Assembly: GCA_045863335.1 (NCBI GenBank) | Contig: BTVY01000002.1 | Location: 32,001-96,000 of the forward strand | DNA length: 64,000 bases | Direction of reading: 5' to 3' | Source: Candidatus Hydrogenedentota bacterium | GTDB lineage: Bacteria > Hydrogenedentota > Hydrogenedentia > Hydrogenedentales > SLHB01 | Part shown: positions 21,193 through 30,673 of the stretch, one piece after another | How the letters are laid out: the number at the start of each line of letters is the position of its first letter | How positions within the stretch are numbered: position 1 is the first letter of the stretch | The notes under the pieces: model-generated | The model's input: only the letters and a program-made list of their open reading frames with translations | Database searches by the model: none | What the model was told of the DNA's origin: nothing | Translations under genes and position numbers: made by a program

Positions 21193-22077
21193 GTGACTCG
21201 AATCGGACGTACGGCAACAAGCTTCACGATTATGTTGACGTTGGCGGCGTGCAGTGGGCAAGGCAGCCGGAGTAGCGGATCATCTGGCGTAACGCACGAA
21301 CCGTCGAGTGACTCGGTCTCGTATGCCTACTTTGCCGAAGTGCTTGCACGCTACGTCGACGACCGAGGGTTGGTCGACTATGCGGGCCTGCGAGCGAACC
21401 GTTCAAGCCTCGACGCGTTCATTGCGGATCTAGCGGAACTCAAGCCCGATGTCTGCGCCGCGTGGAGTGAGCCGGATAAGATCGCCTTCTGGCTCAACGC
21501 ATACAACGCGATAACGCTGGCCTCGGTCGTCGACAACTATCCAATTGAGCCGAGCCTTCTGCGGAGGTTCTTCTATCCCGAGAACAGTATACGTCAGATT
21601 CCCGGCGTTTGGACGGAACGAGAGTGGATCATCATGGGATCCCGGTATACGCTAGACGCTATCGAGCATGAAGTGCTCCGGGCGGAGTTCGAGGAGCCGC
21701 GAATCCACGCTGCGCTGGTGTGCGCGGCAATGGGGTGCCCCCCATTGCGAAATGAGCCGTATACGGGCGGTTTGTTGATTGCCCAGCTAGATGATCAGAT
21801 GAGGCGCTTTCTGGCGCACGACAATAAATTCCGCATCAGTCGCGATACGGGTACAGTTTATCTCTCGCTCATCTTCCGTTGGTTTGGATCGGATTTTGTC
21901 GCCCCCGCCAAGAGCGGGGTTATCGAGGGACACGGTGCGGTCGAGGCTGCGGTCCTCTTCACGATCGCGGATTACCTCTCGCCAGAAGACAGCGCGTATT
22001 TGCGGAGCGGCGATTACACGGTGGAATACCTCGAATACGATTGGTCGCTGAACGATCAGCGGAAGGATATCCCGTGA
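21193..22077 (+). CDS. DUF547 domain lipoprotein
   Basis: Lipobox LAAC, AFWLNAYNA, IEHEVLR, PRIHAALVCAAMGCPPL, YDWSLN. Confidence 0.9.
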   Translation: MTRIGRTATSFTIMLTLAACSGQGSRSSGSSGVTHEPSSDSVSYAYFAEVLARYVDDRGLVDYAGLRANRSSLDAFIADLAELKPDVCAAWSEPDKIAFWLNAYNAITLASVVDNYPIEPSLLRRFFYPENSIRQIPGVWTEREWIIMGSRYTLDAIEHEVLRAEFEEPRIHAALVCAAMGCPPLRNEPYTGGLLIAQLDDQMRRFLAHDNKFRISRDTGTVYLSLIFRWFGSDFVAPAKSGVIEGHGAVEAAVLFTIADYLSPEDSAYLRSGDYTVEYLEYDWSLNDQRKDIP

Positions 22078-22811
22078 GTTCACCCGACGCCAAGACGCCA
22101 TCGTTGTTGAAGCCACTGCTGCTCCTCGTCGCTGTGGCGGTCCTCTTTCTTGCGTCCCAGGCGTTCCCGATCGCGGAATGGATGCGCGCGTTTCTGACGT
22201 GGGTCGACGCCCTCGGCCCACTTGCGCCTATTGCGCTGGGCATTGCGTACATCCTTGCCTGCGTGTTTCTCGTGCCAGGGTGGATCCTGACCCTGGGTGC
22301 GGGGTTTCTTTTCGGGGTTATCCGGGGAACCGTTGTCATTTCTATCTCGGCAACCCTGGGTGCAACCGCCGCGTTTCTTGTCGGAAGGTATCTGGCGCGA
22401 AACGCCGTAGCCAGGCGAATCGCGGGAAACGCGCGTTTCGAGGCAGTCGACCGGGCTGTCGCGCGGGAGGGGTGGAAAATTGTCGGGCTGACGCGACTCT
22501 CTCCCCTATTTCCATTCAACCTATTAAACTATGCGTTCGGACTGACCCAGGTTTCCCTGAAGGCGTACTTTTTTGCATCCTGGATCGGGATGCTGCCGGG
22601 AACGATTCTGTACGTCTATATTGGTTCGCTCGCGGGCGACCTGGCCACGTTGGGCACGGGTGAACGGCAGCGCAATATCGCGCAGTGGGTGTTGTACGGA
22701 TTCGGATTGGTTGTGACCATCGTTGTCACGGTGTACGTGACGCGAATTGCGCGCGCCGCGCTCCGTACGACCATCGATGGGGACCACCCCACAACAACCA
22801 GGGATCGCTGA
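22074..22811 (+). CDS. TVP38/TMEM64 (DedA/VTT) family membrane protein
   Basis: TLGAGFLFG, RLSPLFPFNLLNYAFGLT, SWIGMLPGT; GTG start overlapping upstream stop. Confidence 0.9.
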   Translation: MSSPDAKTPSLLKPLLLLVAVAVLFLASQAFPIAEWMRAFLTWVDALGPLAPIALGIAYILACVFLVPGWILTLGAGFLFGVIRGTVVISISATLGATAAFLVGRYLARNAVARRIAGNARFEAVDRAVAREGWKIVGLTRLSPLFPFNLLNYAFGLTQVSLKAYFFASWIGMLPGTILYVYIGSLAGDLATLGTGERQRNIAQWVLYGFGLVVTIVVTVYVTRIARAALRTTIDGDHPTTTRDR

Positions 22812-24344
22812 ATGAGCACGGCTGAAAAGATTACGATGCCGCCGATGGATGGGCACAACAGAGAATTGGTCGCCAACGTGCATCCACCGGATTGGGTCAA
22901 TCCACAACCGCAGCCGCGCTATAACCTGGTGGTGATCGGTGCCGGTACTGCAGGGTTGGTCACGGCGGCGGGCGCGGCAGGCCTGGGCGCGAAAGTGGCC
23001 CTGGTCGAGCGCCACCTCATGGGCGGCGATTGTCTGAACACAGGATGCGTGCCGTCGAAAGCCATCATTCGAAGTGGGAGGGCCTTGGCCGAAGTGTGCG
23101 ATGCGCACCGGTTCGGCGTCCAGACCGGTGGGGCGAGTTCGGTCGACTTCGCGGCTGTGATGGATCGAATGCGGGCGATTCGGAGCGGGATAAGTCATCA
23201 TGATTCCGCGGAGCGTTTCCGCGAGCTTGGTGTTGACGTATTCTTCGGAGATGCACGATTCAAGAGCCGTGATTGCGTCGAAGTTGGCGGTCAGGCGCTA
23301 CGTTTCTCCAAAGCAGTGATCGCAACGGGAGCGCGGCCCGCGGTACCGGATATCCCGGGGTTGGAAGCGGCGGGGTATCTGACGAACGAGACGGTCTTTT
23401 CCTTGACGGAATGCCCGGACCGGATGTTAGTGATCGGCGGCGGCCCGATCGGGTGCGAGCTAGCTCAGGCCTTTCAGCGTCTGGGATCTCAAGTAACCCT
23501 GGTTGAACGCGGGGCTCGGGTGCTTCCGCGGGATGATTCCGATGCGGCGCTAATCGTCGCCGACAGCTTGAGGCGCGACGGCGTTTCGCTGGTGTTGGGT
23601 GCATCGATCGCGCACGTCGATTTGGTGGAGGGTAACAAGCGCGCAATCCTCGCTGGAGACGGCGGTGAGCGCGTAATTGACGTCGATGCAATCCTCGTGG
23701 CCTCAGGGCGGAGGGCAAATGTGGAAGATCTCCGACTCGAGTCGGCGGGGGTGGCCTACGAGTCACGCACCGGAGTACAGGTGGATGATTTTCTCCGGAC
23801 GACCAATCCGCGGATCTACGCGGCGGGTGACGTATGTATGCGGTACAAGTTCACGCACGCGGCGGATGCGGCGGCGCGGATAGTCATTCAAAACGCGCTT
23901 TTCGGAATCGCCGGCAAGAAAAATGCAAACGCGTTGACGATCCCGTGGTGTACGTACACGGAGCCCGAGCTCGCGCAGGTAGGGTTAAACGATCTGGAGG
24001 CGAGGGAACGGAGAATCGCGATCGATACAATCCAGGTATCTGTGGCGGACGTGGATCGCGCACGTACGGATGATGAGACGGAGGGGTTTCTCAAGGTCCA
24101 CCTCAAGAAGGGGTCAGACCGAATCCTGGGCGCCACCTTGGTAGCCCGTCATGCAGGAGATATCATCAGCGAGATCACGTTGGCGATGGCTGCGGGCGTG
24201 GGGCTCCGAACGATCGCAGACGTCATTCATCCATATCCCACCCACGCCGAAATCGTCAAAAAGGCCGCGGACGCGTACAACCGGACGCGTCTGACGCCGT
24301 TGCTGAAGCGGGTACTTGCGACCATTCTTCGGTGGCAGCGCTAG
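22812..24344 (+). CDS. Class I pyridine nucleotide-disulfide oxidoreductase (mercuric-reductase-like, not true MerA)
   Basis: GAGTAG, GGDCLNTGCVPSK, GGGPIG, HPYPT; no HMA domain and no C-terminal Cys-Cys. Confidence 0.85.
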   Translation: MSTAEKITMPPMDGHNRELVANVHPPDWVNPQPQPRYNLVVIGAGTAGLVTAAGAAGLGAKVALVERHLMGGDCLNTGCVPSKAIIRSGRALAEVCDAHRFGVQTGGASSVDFAAVMDRMRAIRSGISHHDSAERFRELGVDVFFGDARFKSRDCVEVGGQALRFSKAVIATGARPAVPDIPGLEAAGYLTNETVFSLTECPDRMLVIGGGPIGCELAQAFQRLGSQVTLVERGARVLPRDDSDAALIVADSLRRDGVSLVLGASIAHVDLVEGNKRAILAGDGGERVIDVDAILVASGRRANVEDLRLESAGVAYESRTGVQVDDFLRTTNPRIYAAGDVCMRYKFTHAADAAARIVIQNALFGIAGKKNANALTIPWCTYTEPELAQVGLNDLEARERRIAIDTIQVSVADVDRARTDDETEGFLKVHLKKGSDRILGATLVARHAGDIISEITLAMAAGVGLRTIADVIHPYPTHAEIVKKAADAYNRTRLTPLLKRVLATILRWQR

Positions 24345-24823
24345 CGGGAATTGCTCACGTTGATCGATCCGGACATTTTCAATTGTTTAAACAATTGCTT
24401 GATCGCTTCCCGTTCGCCGAGGGTGATGGAGATCACTTTGGCGCCGTTGGTGATGAGCTGAATGGAGATGGAGGCGAGGACGAGTCCTCCACAAGCGAGT
24501 ATTCCTATGGCGATGACGGGCGCCAACGCCACTTCATCCCCTTCGAACACGATCGTCAAATTCTCATTGCCGATGAGCTGTGCCCATTCAGCGACCAAGG
24601 AACGAATGTTCCCCGGGTTGTTCAGGGTCGTGACGATCACTCCGAAAACCTTCAGGACAAATGTCAAACCCGTCACGATGAGCACTATCCCGATGATGGC
24701 ACCGCCGAATCGCACGACGTCTTGCAGCAAATCGCCCAAGTCCAGATCTTTGTGGGTGCCGCCGGGGTCGTAGTTTCGAGGAATCGAGTAGTCCCGATCG
24801 TAGTTGCCGCTGTCATGCACCAT
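24341..24823 (-). CDS. Hypothetical membrane protein
   Basis: 160 aa, two hydrophobic segments, RBS GGGAGG. Confidence 0.6.
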   Translation of the reverse strand: MVHDSGNYDRDYSIPRNYDPGGTHKDLDLGDLLQDVVRFGGAIIGIVLIVTGLTFVLKVFGVIVTTLNNPGNIRSLVAEWAQLIGNENLTIVFEGDEVALAPVIAIGILACGGLVLASISIQLITNGAKVISITLGEREAIKQLFKQLKMSGSINVSNSR

Positions 24824-24921
24824 GGAGGTCCCCTCCCTTTTCAGGAGTTATAGCGCTCTCTGCCGTTACAGGGCAAGGGTCATTCTTGTTTCCTCGCGTC
24901 CGTTGTTCTATAACCGCCGCC

Positions 24922-26919
24922 ATGCGCAACGGTGCCACCATAGCCGTTATCGTCCCCGCCTACAACGAGGAGGCATCGATTGGGCGGGTGTTGTCGGCTG
25001 TACCGGATTGGGTGGACCAAGTCGTGGTGGCCGACAACGCTTCTGGCGACAGAACGTCCTTGATTGCGGCGGAACACGGGGCCACGGTTGTCCACGAGCC
25101 GATGCGCGGATACGGTGCGGCGTGTCTGCGGGCCATGAAGGCGTTGAACGCGCCGGATGTGGCGGTGTTTCTCGACGCGGATTTTAGCGATGACCCCTCT
25201 GAGATGGACCGGTTGGTCGACCCCATTCTGTCGGGAGACACGGAAATTGTTATTGGCTCGCGGGTACTGGGGCAATGTGAACCCGGATCGCTGACGCCGC
25301 AGCAGCGCTACGGAAACGCCCTCGCCTGTTTGCTGATGCGATGGATCTATGGCGTGCGCCATACCGATCTCGGACCTTTCCGCGCCGTTCGCTGGTCAAC
25401 GCTCATCGAGTTGGAAATGGCGGACCGCACCTGGGGATGGACGGTGGAACTTCAGGTGAAGGCGGCCAAGGCGCGAATCCGGGCGATCGAAGTGCCGGTG
25501 TCATATCGCAAGCGAATCGGTGTTTCCAAGATCTCCGGCACGGTTCAGGGTGTGATTCGCGCGGGCGCGAAAATCCTGTATACGATTTTCAACGAGGCGG
25601 CGGCGCGGCATCGACAGGGCAGGTCGGTCCAACGACTGCTCGTTTTCTCGCGATATCCCGTGGCCGGACGGACGAAGACGCGTTTAATCCCCGCTCTCGG
25701 CCCGGAGGGCGCCGCGACGTTGCATCGCGAGATGGCCGCATGGACCCTGCGCGTGGCGCGGCGCGCGGTATTGGACGGAAAGACGGGGCTTCAGGTCCAG
25801 TACACCGGCGGCGAGGAGTCCGCAATGGCGGCCTGGCTGGGGCCTGACCTGGAGTATTGCGAGCAGTCTGAGGGGGACTTGGGCGCACGGTTGCACGACG
25901 CATTTGCCCAGGCGTTCGACGCGCGGTGGAAACGTGTGATTGCGATTGGTACCGACTGCCCCGGACTTCGGGATGCGACCATCCGGAAAGCGTTCGCGCT
26001 CCTTCGGGATTACGACGTCGTTCTGGGGCCGACTGACGACGGCGGGTACTACCTCATCGGTTTGCGCGGGCCGTCGGCGTCGCTCTTCGGTGATGTGGAA
26101 TGGGGTACGGGTACCGTCTTTTCGACAACCTTGTCGCGGGCGGAACAGCTCGGTTTGTCCGTGGCCCTTTTGCCGACGCTGCACGACGTAGACACGACGG
26201 ACGATTTGTCGGAATGGGAACTGCACGGTCCTCAGGAAATCAGTCATCGGCCAGTTCTTTCCGTGATTGTGCCTGCGCTCAATGAAGAAGCGGAACTCGG
26301 CAACACACTTGCCGCCCTGGGAGCGAACCCCGATGTCGAAGTGATCGTAGTAGACGGCGGGAGTTCGGACGGCACCGTGAGCCTGGCCGAAACGTACGGG
26401 GCGATGGTGATGTGTTCCGCCGCGGGCCGGGCTCTGCAAATGAATGCCGGGGCGGATGCAGCGCGTGGGGAGCTGCTTGTGTTTCTGCACGCGGATACCC
26501 GGGTTCCCCAGGGGTACGTGGAGGAGATTCGGCGGGTTCTTGCGGATGCGGAAGTCGTGGCTGGATCGTTCCACTTGGGGATTGACAGCGCTGATCTCCC
26601 ATCGCGGCTGTTCGCGCGGGGTGCGAACTGGCGCTCCCGCTACCTTCACTTGCCCTACGGCGACCAGTGCCTGTTCATAAAGCGAGAGACCTTTCACGCG
26701 CTGGGCGGGTTCCGGGAAATGCCGATTCTGGAAGACTACGAGTTTGTGCTGCGCGCACGCCGCCGCGGTCGTGTCCAGCTTGCCGAGGGAATCGCCGTCA
26801 CTTCCGCGCGCCGGTGGCGCGGAACCGGCGCTTGGCGGCTGTGCTTCAAAAACCAACTGGTGCTGTTGGGATATCACTTGGGAATTGACCTGAATCGTCT
26901 CGCACGGCTCAGAAAATAG
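24922..26919 (+). CDS. Triple fusion: GT2 glycosyltransferase + TIGR04282/DUF2064-like + TIGR04283-like transferase
   Basis: Domain 1 VPAYNEE, DADFSD, DLGPFRA; domain 2 GRTKTRL, GDLGARL, IGTDCP, GPTDDGGYYLIG, DVDT; domain 3 PALNEE, GRALQMNAG, FLHAD, YGDQ, TSARRW. Confidence 0.85.
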   Translation: MRNGATIAVIVPAYNEEASIGRVLSAVPDWVDQVVVADNASGDRTSLIAAEHGATVVHEPMRGYGAACLRAMKALNAPDVAVFLDADFSDDPSEMDRLVDPILSGDTEIVIGSRVLGQCEPGSLTPQQRYGNALACLLMRWIYGVRHTDLGPFRAVRWSTLIELEMADRTWGWTVELQVKAAKARIRAIEVPVSYRKRIGVSKISGTVQGVIRAGAKILYTIFNEAAARHRQGRSVQRLLVFSRYPVAGRTKTRLIPALGPEGAATLHREMAAWTLRVARRAVLDGKTGLQVQYTGGEESAMAAWLGPDLEYCEQSEGDLGARLHDAFAQAFDARWKRVIAIGTDCPGLRDATIRKAFALLRDYDVVLGPTDDGGYYLIGLRGPSASLFGDVEWGTGTVFSTTLSRAEQLGLSVALLPTLHDVDTTDDLSEWELHGPQEISHRPVLSVIVPALNEEAELGNTLAALGANPDVEVIVVDGGSSDGTVSLAETYGAMVMCSAAGRALQMNAGADAARGELLVFLHADTRVPQGYVEEIRRVLADAEVVAGSFHLGIDSADLPSRLFARGANWRSRYLHLPYGDQCLFIKRETFHALGGFREMPILEDYEFVLRARRRGRVQLAEGIAVTSARRWRGTGAWRLCFKNQLVLLGYHLGIDLNRLARLRK

Positions 26920-27960
26920 TCAGGTCTCCGCGAGCGTGGTGTTCTTGACGACATCCACGAGATGGCAGACACTCTCGAATGGCGTTTCCCGCAGGAGACC
27001 GTGGCTCAGGTTAAAGATATGGCCGCGATGTTCGCCCTGGCGAATGCATTCGCGGGCGGCTTCCGCAATTTCTTCTTTGGAGCCCGTCACCAACAGGCGG
27101 TTGTCGAGGTTCCCCTGAAGAACCCGGTCAGCGCCGAGGCGATGCCGTGTCTCGGAAATGCTCGGGGTTGCGGCCAAGCTCAGAATGTCCGCTCCCGACG
27201 CGTCGAGCGTGTCGAGATCCGGCCAGTCGCGCGCGAACATGATGGTGGGCACGGAACCGCGCAGCGCTTCAAAGATGCGTCGCTGGTACGGCAACGCAAA
27301 TTCCCGGTACTCGTCGGCGGTGAACAGATAGGCGGCCGATTCAAAGAGTTGCCAGGCCGCCGCGCCGGCATTGATCTGCAAGCGCAGGTAGTCGATGGTC
27401 ATATTCGTCAACTTGTCGAGTAGCCGATGCAGCGCTTCGGGCTGTTCTCTCATGAACGCGCTGAACCGGTCAGCCCGCTTGCCAAAGCTCCCGCCCTGGA
27501 TCAGAAACACGGCCAGCGTGAGTGGCGCGCCTGCAAATCCGAGTACGGGAAGTTCGCCGTCGAGGGCCTTGTACACGAGCCGGAAGGTCTCGGGGATGAA
27601 GGGAAGCTCATCCGCGACGTCGTAGAGATGCAGCGCATCCAGTGCATCGATGGATTGAAAGTCCTTCTCAAATTCCGGTCCCGAATTAAAGGCGAACGCG
27701 GCGCCCATGGGCGCGAGTGGCGTCAAGATATCCTGGAAATAGATGATGGCGTCCACGCCGATGCGTTTTGGAAGCAGTGAAATTTGCGCCGCGAGTTCCG
27801 GGTGGCAGAAGAGTTCGTGGAGTGGCAGGCCCGACGTTTCCTTGAGTTTGTTGTATTCGGGATCGGTGCGGCCCGCCTGGCGCATCATCCAGATGGGAGT
27901 GCGCGAAGTTTTTTCGCCGCGAGCGGCGCGGATAAGGAGGTCGTTTTTAAAGTTTTGCAA
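26920..27960 (-). CDS. hemE: Uroporphyrinogen decarboxylase
   Basis: PIWMMRQAGR, DAIIYFQDIL, GFAGAPLT, LQGNLD, HIFNLSHG. Confidence 0.92.
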   Translation of the reverse strand: MQNFKNDLLIRAARGEKTSRTPIWMMRQAGRTDPEYNKLKETSGLPLHELFCHPELAAQISLLPKRIGVDAIIYFQDILTPLAPMGAAFAFNSGPEFEKDFQSIDALDALHLYDVADELPFIPETFRLVYKALDGELPVLGFAGAPLTLAVFLIQGGSFGKRADRFSAFMREQPEALHRLLDKLTNMTIDYLRLQINAGAAAWQLFESAAYLFTADEYREFALPYQRRIFEALRGSVPTIMFARDWPDLDTLDASGADILSLAATPSISETRHRLGADRVLQGNLDNRLLVTGSKEEIAEAARECIRQGEHRGHIFNLSHGLLRETPFESVCHLVDVVKNTTLAET

Positions 27961-28062
27961 TGGTTTGTTCCGGACGTTGTATGGCGTTTGGATGAGGAAT
28001 TATAGCGTTTGCGGAAATCTGAACTCCAAGGTTCGTTGAGTTGCGAGAAAGTTTCGGTTTCT

Positions 28063-28167
28063 GTCGCCCTATCCGGGGCTCTCACGACGTTTGGTGGCCC
28101 TGTACCCGGGGTTCCGCTCGTGCCTCGCTCCACCCCGGGCTACATTCGAGTCGCCCCTTCCGGGGCT
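28063..28167. repeat. REP-like composite element (family C)
   Basis: GTCGCCCTATCCGGGGCT (28063) and GTCGCCCCTTCCGGGGCT (28150) flanking a CCCGGGGT...ACCCCGGG hairpin. Confidence 0.65.
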
Positions 28168-28185
28168 TCATTCTGGCGCGTGGGC

Positions 28186-30321
28186 TCACTCAATAGTGAC
28201 TGATGGTGCTATGGCGTACGTCCTGGCATCGAGATCGATGGTTATGGTGGTTCCATCGGCGTAAGTGGCGCGCTGCTTTCTAAAGGAGCCGTCCAGGAAC
28301 TCGTGGTTCACCATCTCTTGCGATGCGAGGCGCTCATTTAACTCACACGCTTCTTGGACACGCGCGACCTGGGCCTCGTCGGGGCCGAGGCCGACGTAGG
28401 GTAGGCCCGCGTTCAGGAGGCAATGGAGCCATGCCGCGTCGCCCTTGGGAATGCCCCAACCGCCGTCCTCCCCCATCTCCCAGGGCAGGAGGAGGCAGTC
28501 GTGGTACACGAGGTTCCAGAGAGGGATCGGAATGCCGCGCGCTTCGCCGCCGCCGTAATGAGGGTAGGTTCCGTAGGGGCCGTGGTGCACCAGGTCGAGG
28601 TGGGGCGCGAGGTAGTCGGTGGGTTCTTCCGAACTGACCACGTAGCCTCTTGCGCGAAGCAGGTCGAAACTTTGCTGCCGGTAGTGGGCGCACTCGCTGC
28701 GCGTCACGGGATGGGCGGCCGCAGTACTTTCCTCGAGCGGGACCACGGAGAATACGTCGAGATAGGCACCCTTCACCTTGATGCCATGAGACGCGAACAG
28801 ATCATGATTGCGCCGCACGTACTCCGGCGCGAAGCGGCTGCTGAGGATGGTCTGGGGACCGCCGCACCACGTGGAGGTCTCTTCGCGGGTGCCGTCGAAA
28901 CGGTACGCCGCTAGCCGGTCGTCGAAGGATGCGGCATTCAGATAAAAGTCGCGGTACTGGTCGTGTACGGCGAACAAAAATCCGAGTTCGTCGCAGGTAT
29001 CGGCGAACCGGCGGAGTCCCTCCCATCCCCCCTGCTCTTCGCCGGGCGGCAGCACATCGGGATGGCCGTTGTCGTAGCCGTAGAACCCCCAGCCGTCGAG
29101 GTGGACGTAGGCGTCATCAATACCCCGTTCGTTGAGTCCGCGCAAACCGTCGGCGAGTTGGTCGAAAGTGTTCAATCCATGATTGGCTTCGATGCGCTCC
29201 TTGTTAAAGAGCGCCGACTCCTGCACGAAATGGTAGAGTGCGCCGATGTGCACCACGGGACGGCCGATGACTTCGTTGAGGTTTGGTGTGCGGACGCGCT
29301 TTTCGTCGATGGTAACCAGGCGTCCGTCCTCCTGCACGTAGCGTCGATAGCGCTTGGCCATGCGGACGTAAGTGGATTCGTCGTCGAAGACGTAGCGGAT
29401 GGTACGCAGATATCGGACCTTGCCCATGCTCGAATACCAGCGGGGACGGATGATGGTAGGACCTCCGGGTGCATGATTGTAAAAGGCGCCCGCGTCGTCG
29501 CTGGACTCCAGAATGGTTTGAACGCCGTGTCCATCGCGGATCTGGCCCCACCAGGGCATATACAGAGAGCGCGAGTTGCACAGGCTCGACTCGTGGAACT
29601 CCTGCTGCGAGTTGCCGGGGAGCAGCATACCCTGCATGTTTGGGATGACGGCAAAGTCGGCGTCGGTGGCGCCGGTTTCGATGGCCTTGGGCCAGTGGAT
29701 GTGTCTGAAAGTATGGGCATCGTCGACGGCGGCCAGTTCGAATACGATCTCGTCGCCGATGAGGTTCGCGGTCAGACGAAGGATTAGTCTCGGAGCGTCC
29801 GGGAAGTCTGAGCAGGTCAAGGTCATCCCAACGCTGTAGCCGGTCCGGAACTCCGCCGCTTCGATGGTCTTGGCCGCGGTCAGCGCGAAGGATTGGTCGA
29901 CGAGTTCCACATCGGTCGCGTCACTCGGGAAGAAATGCCACGTGGTCGCCGGGGTCGTGACCGTCATGGAGAGATCCGACCTGTTGATCCGCAATTCAAT
30001 CGAGGGGTTGGTCACGATCCACGCGTCGGAAGTTTCCTCGAAGGTGCCGGAGGCGACTTCAGGTTTGGAGGCGGCGTGTTCCCAGAGCCAGGTGCGGACC
30101 GCGTCCATGTCGCGATAGAGCTGGTTGAACGCTTCTTCGGATTCAGCGCCGGCCTCGAGTTTGAGGCGAAGGTCTTCGAGCTTGCGCTCCTTCTCGGACT
30201 GGTTTTCGGCCGATACCGCGACTGTGCCGAGGCGTTCGAGATGGAATTTCAGGGTATCCACGCGCGGTGCGAGATCGCCCGCGGCGAATGCCTGGCAAAG
30301 TACGAGTAGTGTTGCAAGCAT
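28186..30321 (-). CDS. Exported GH129-like (DUF5696) glycoside hydrolase, probable alpha-N-acetylgalactosaminidase
   Basis: YVHLDGWGFYGYDNGHPD, HDQYRD, GAYLDVF, SSEE, IPLWNLVYHD. Confidence 0.7.
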   Translation of the reverse strand: MLATLLVLCQAFAAGDLAPRVDTLKFHLERLGTVAVSAENQSEKERKLEDLRLKLEAGAESEEAFNQLYRDMDAVRTWLWEHAASKPEVASGTFEETSDAWIVTNPSIELRINRSDLSMTVTTPATTWHFFPSDATDVELVDQSFALTAAKTIEAAEFRTGYSVGMTLTCSDFPDAPRLILRLTANLIGDEIVFELAAVDDAHTFRHIHWPKAIETGATDADFAVIPNMQGMLLPGNSQQEFHESSLCNSRSLYMPWWGQIRDGHGVQTILESSDDAGAFYNHAPGGPTIIRPRWYSSMGKVRYLRTIRYVFDDESTYVRMAKRYRRYVQEDGRLVTIDEKRVRTPNLNEVIGRPVVHIGALYHFVQESALFNKERIEANHGLNTFDQLADGLRGLNERGIDDAYVHLDGWGFYGYDNGHPDVLPPGEEQGGWEGLRRFADTCDELGFLFAVHDQYRDFYLNAASFDDRLAAYRFDGTREETSTWCGGPQTILSSRFAPEYVRRNHDLFASHGIKVKGAYLDVFSVVPLEESTAAAHPVTRSECAHYRQQSFDLLRARGYVVSSEEPTDYLAPHLDLVHHGPYGTYPHYGGGEARGIPIPLWNLVYHDCLLLPWEMGEDGGWGIPKGDAAWLHCLLNAGLPYVGLGPDEAQVARVQEACELNERLASQEMVNHEFLDGSFRKQRATYADGTTITIDLDARTYAIAPSVTIE

Positions 30322-30369
30322 GACGTGTTCCCCCGAAAGCAAATTCAACAAGCTTGGTCTACCGTCCAC

Positions 30370-30537
30370 CTAGTCTCGCGCGCGGCGGGTCAAGATGGCG
30401 AGTATGACCCCCACGATGGCGATGCCGCCCCAGAGGCGCAGATCACCACCCAGGCCAGTCATCACGTAAATCCCCGATACGTTGGCGAGAAAACCCAACA
30501 CTCCTACGATGGCTAATATGATTCCGATGAGCGTCAT
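30370..30537 (-). CDS. Small two-TM membrane protein (55 aa, below ORF-track cutoff)
   Basis: MTLIGIILAIVGVLGFLANVSGIYVMTGLGGDLRLWGGIAIVGVILAILTRRARD; RBS GGGAGG. Confidence 0.7.
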   Translation of the reverse strand: MTLIGIILAIVGVLGFLANVSGIYVMTGLGGDLRLWGGIAIVGVILAILTRRARD

Positions 30538-30673
30538 TGAATGGCCTCCCAGCGTTGTCCCCGGAAATGAATGGGGGAAGTATAAGCCGGGGTGCGATGC
30601 TGTTCAACCGATGGAATCGCAAGGGGATGCGCGGTACAATGCGCGCGAGGCGGTACGAGTGAAAGGAGTGTTT

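Noticed and set aside
22812-24344. Mercuric reductase merA
   Set aside because: No N-terminal HMA domain, no C-terminal Cys-Cys pair and no mer operon; context is DUF547/DedA.
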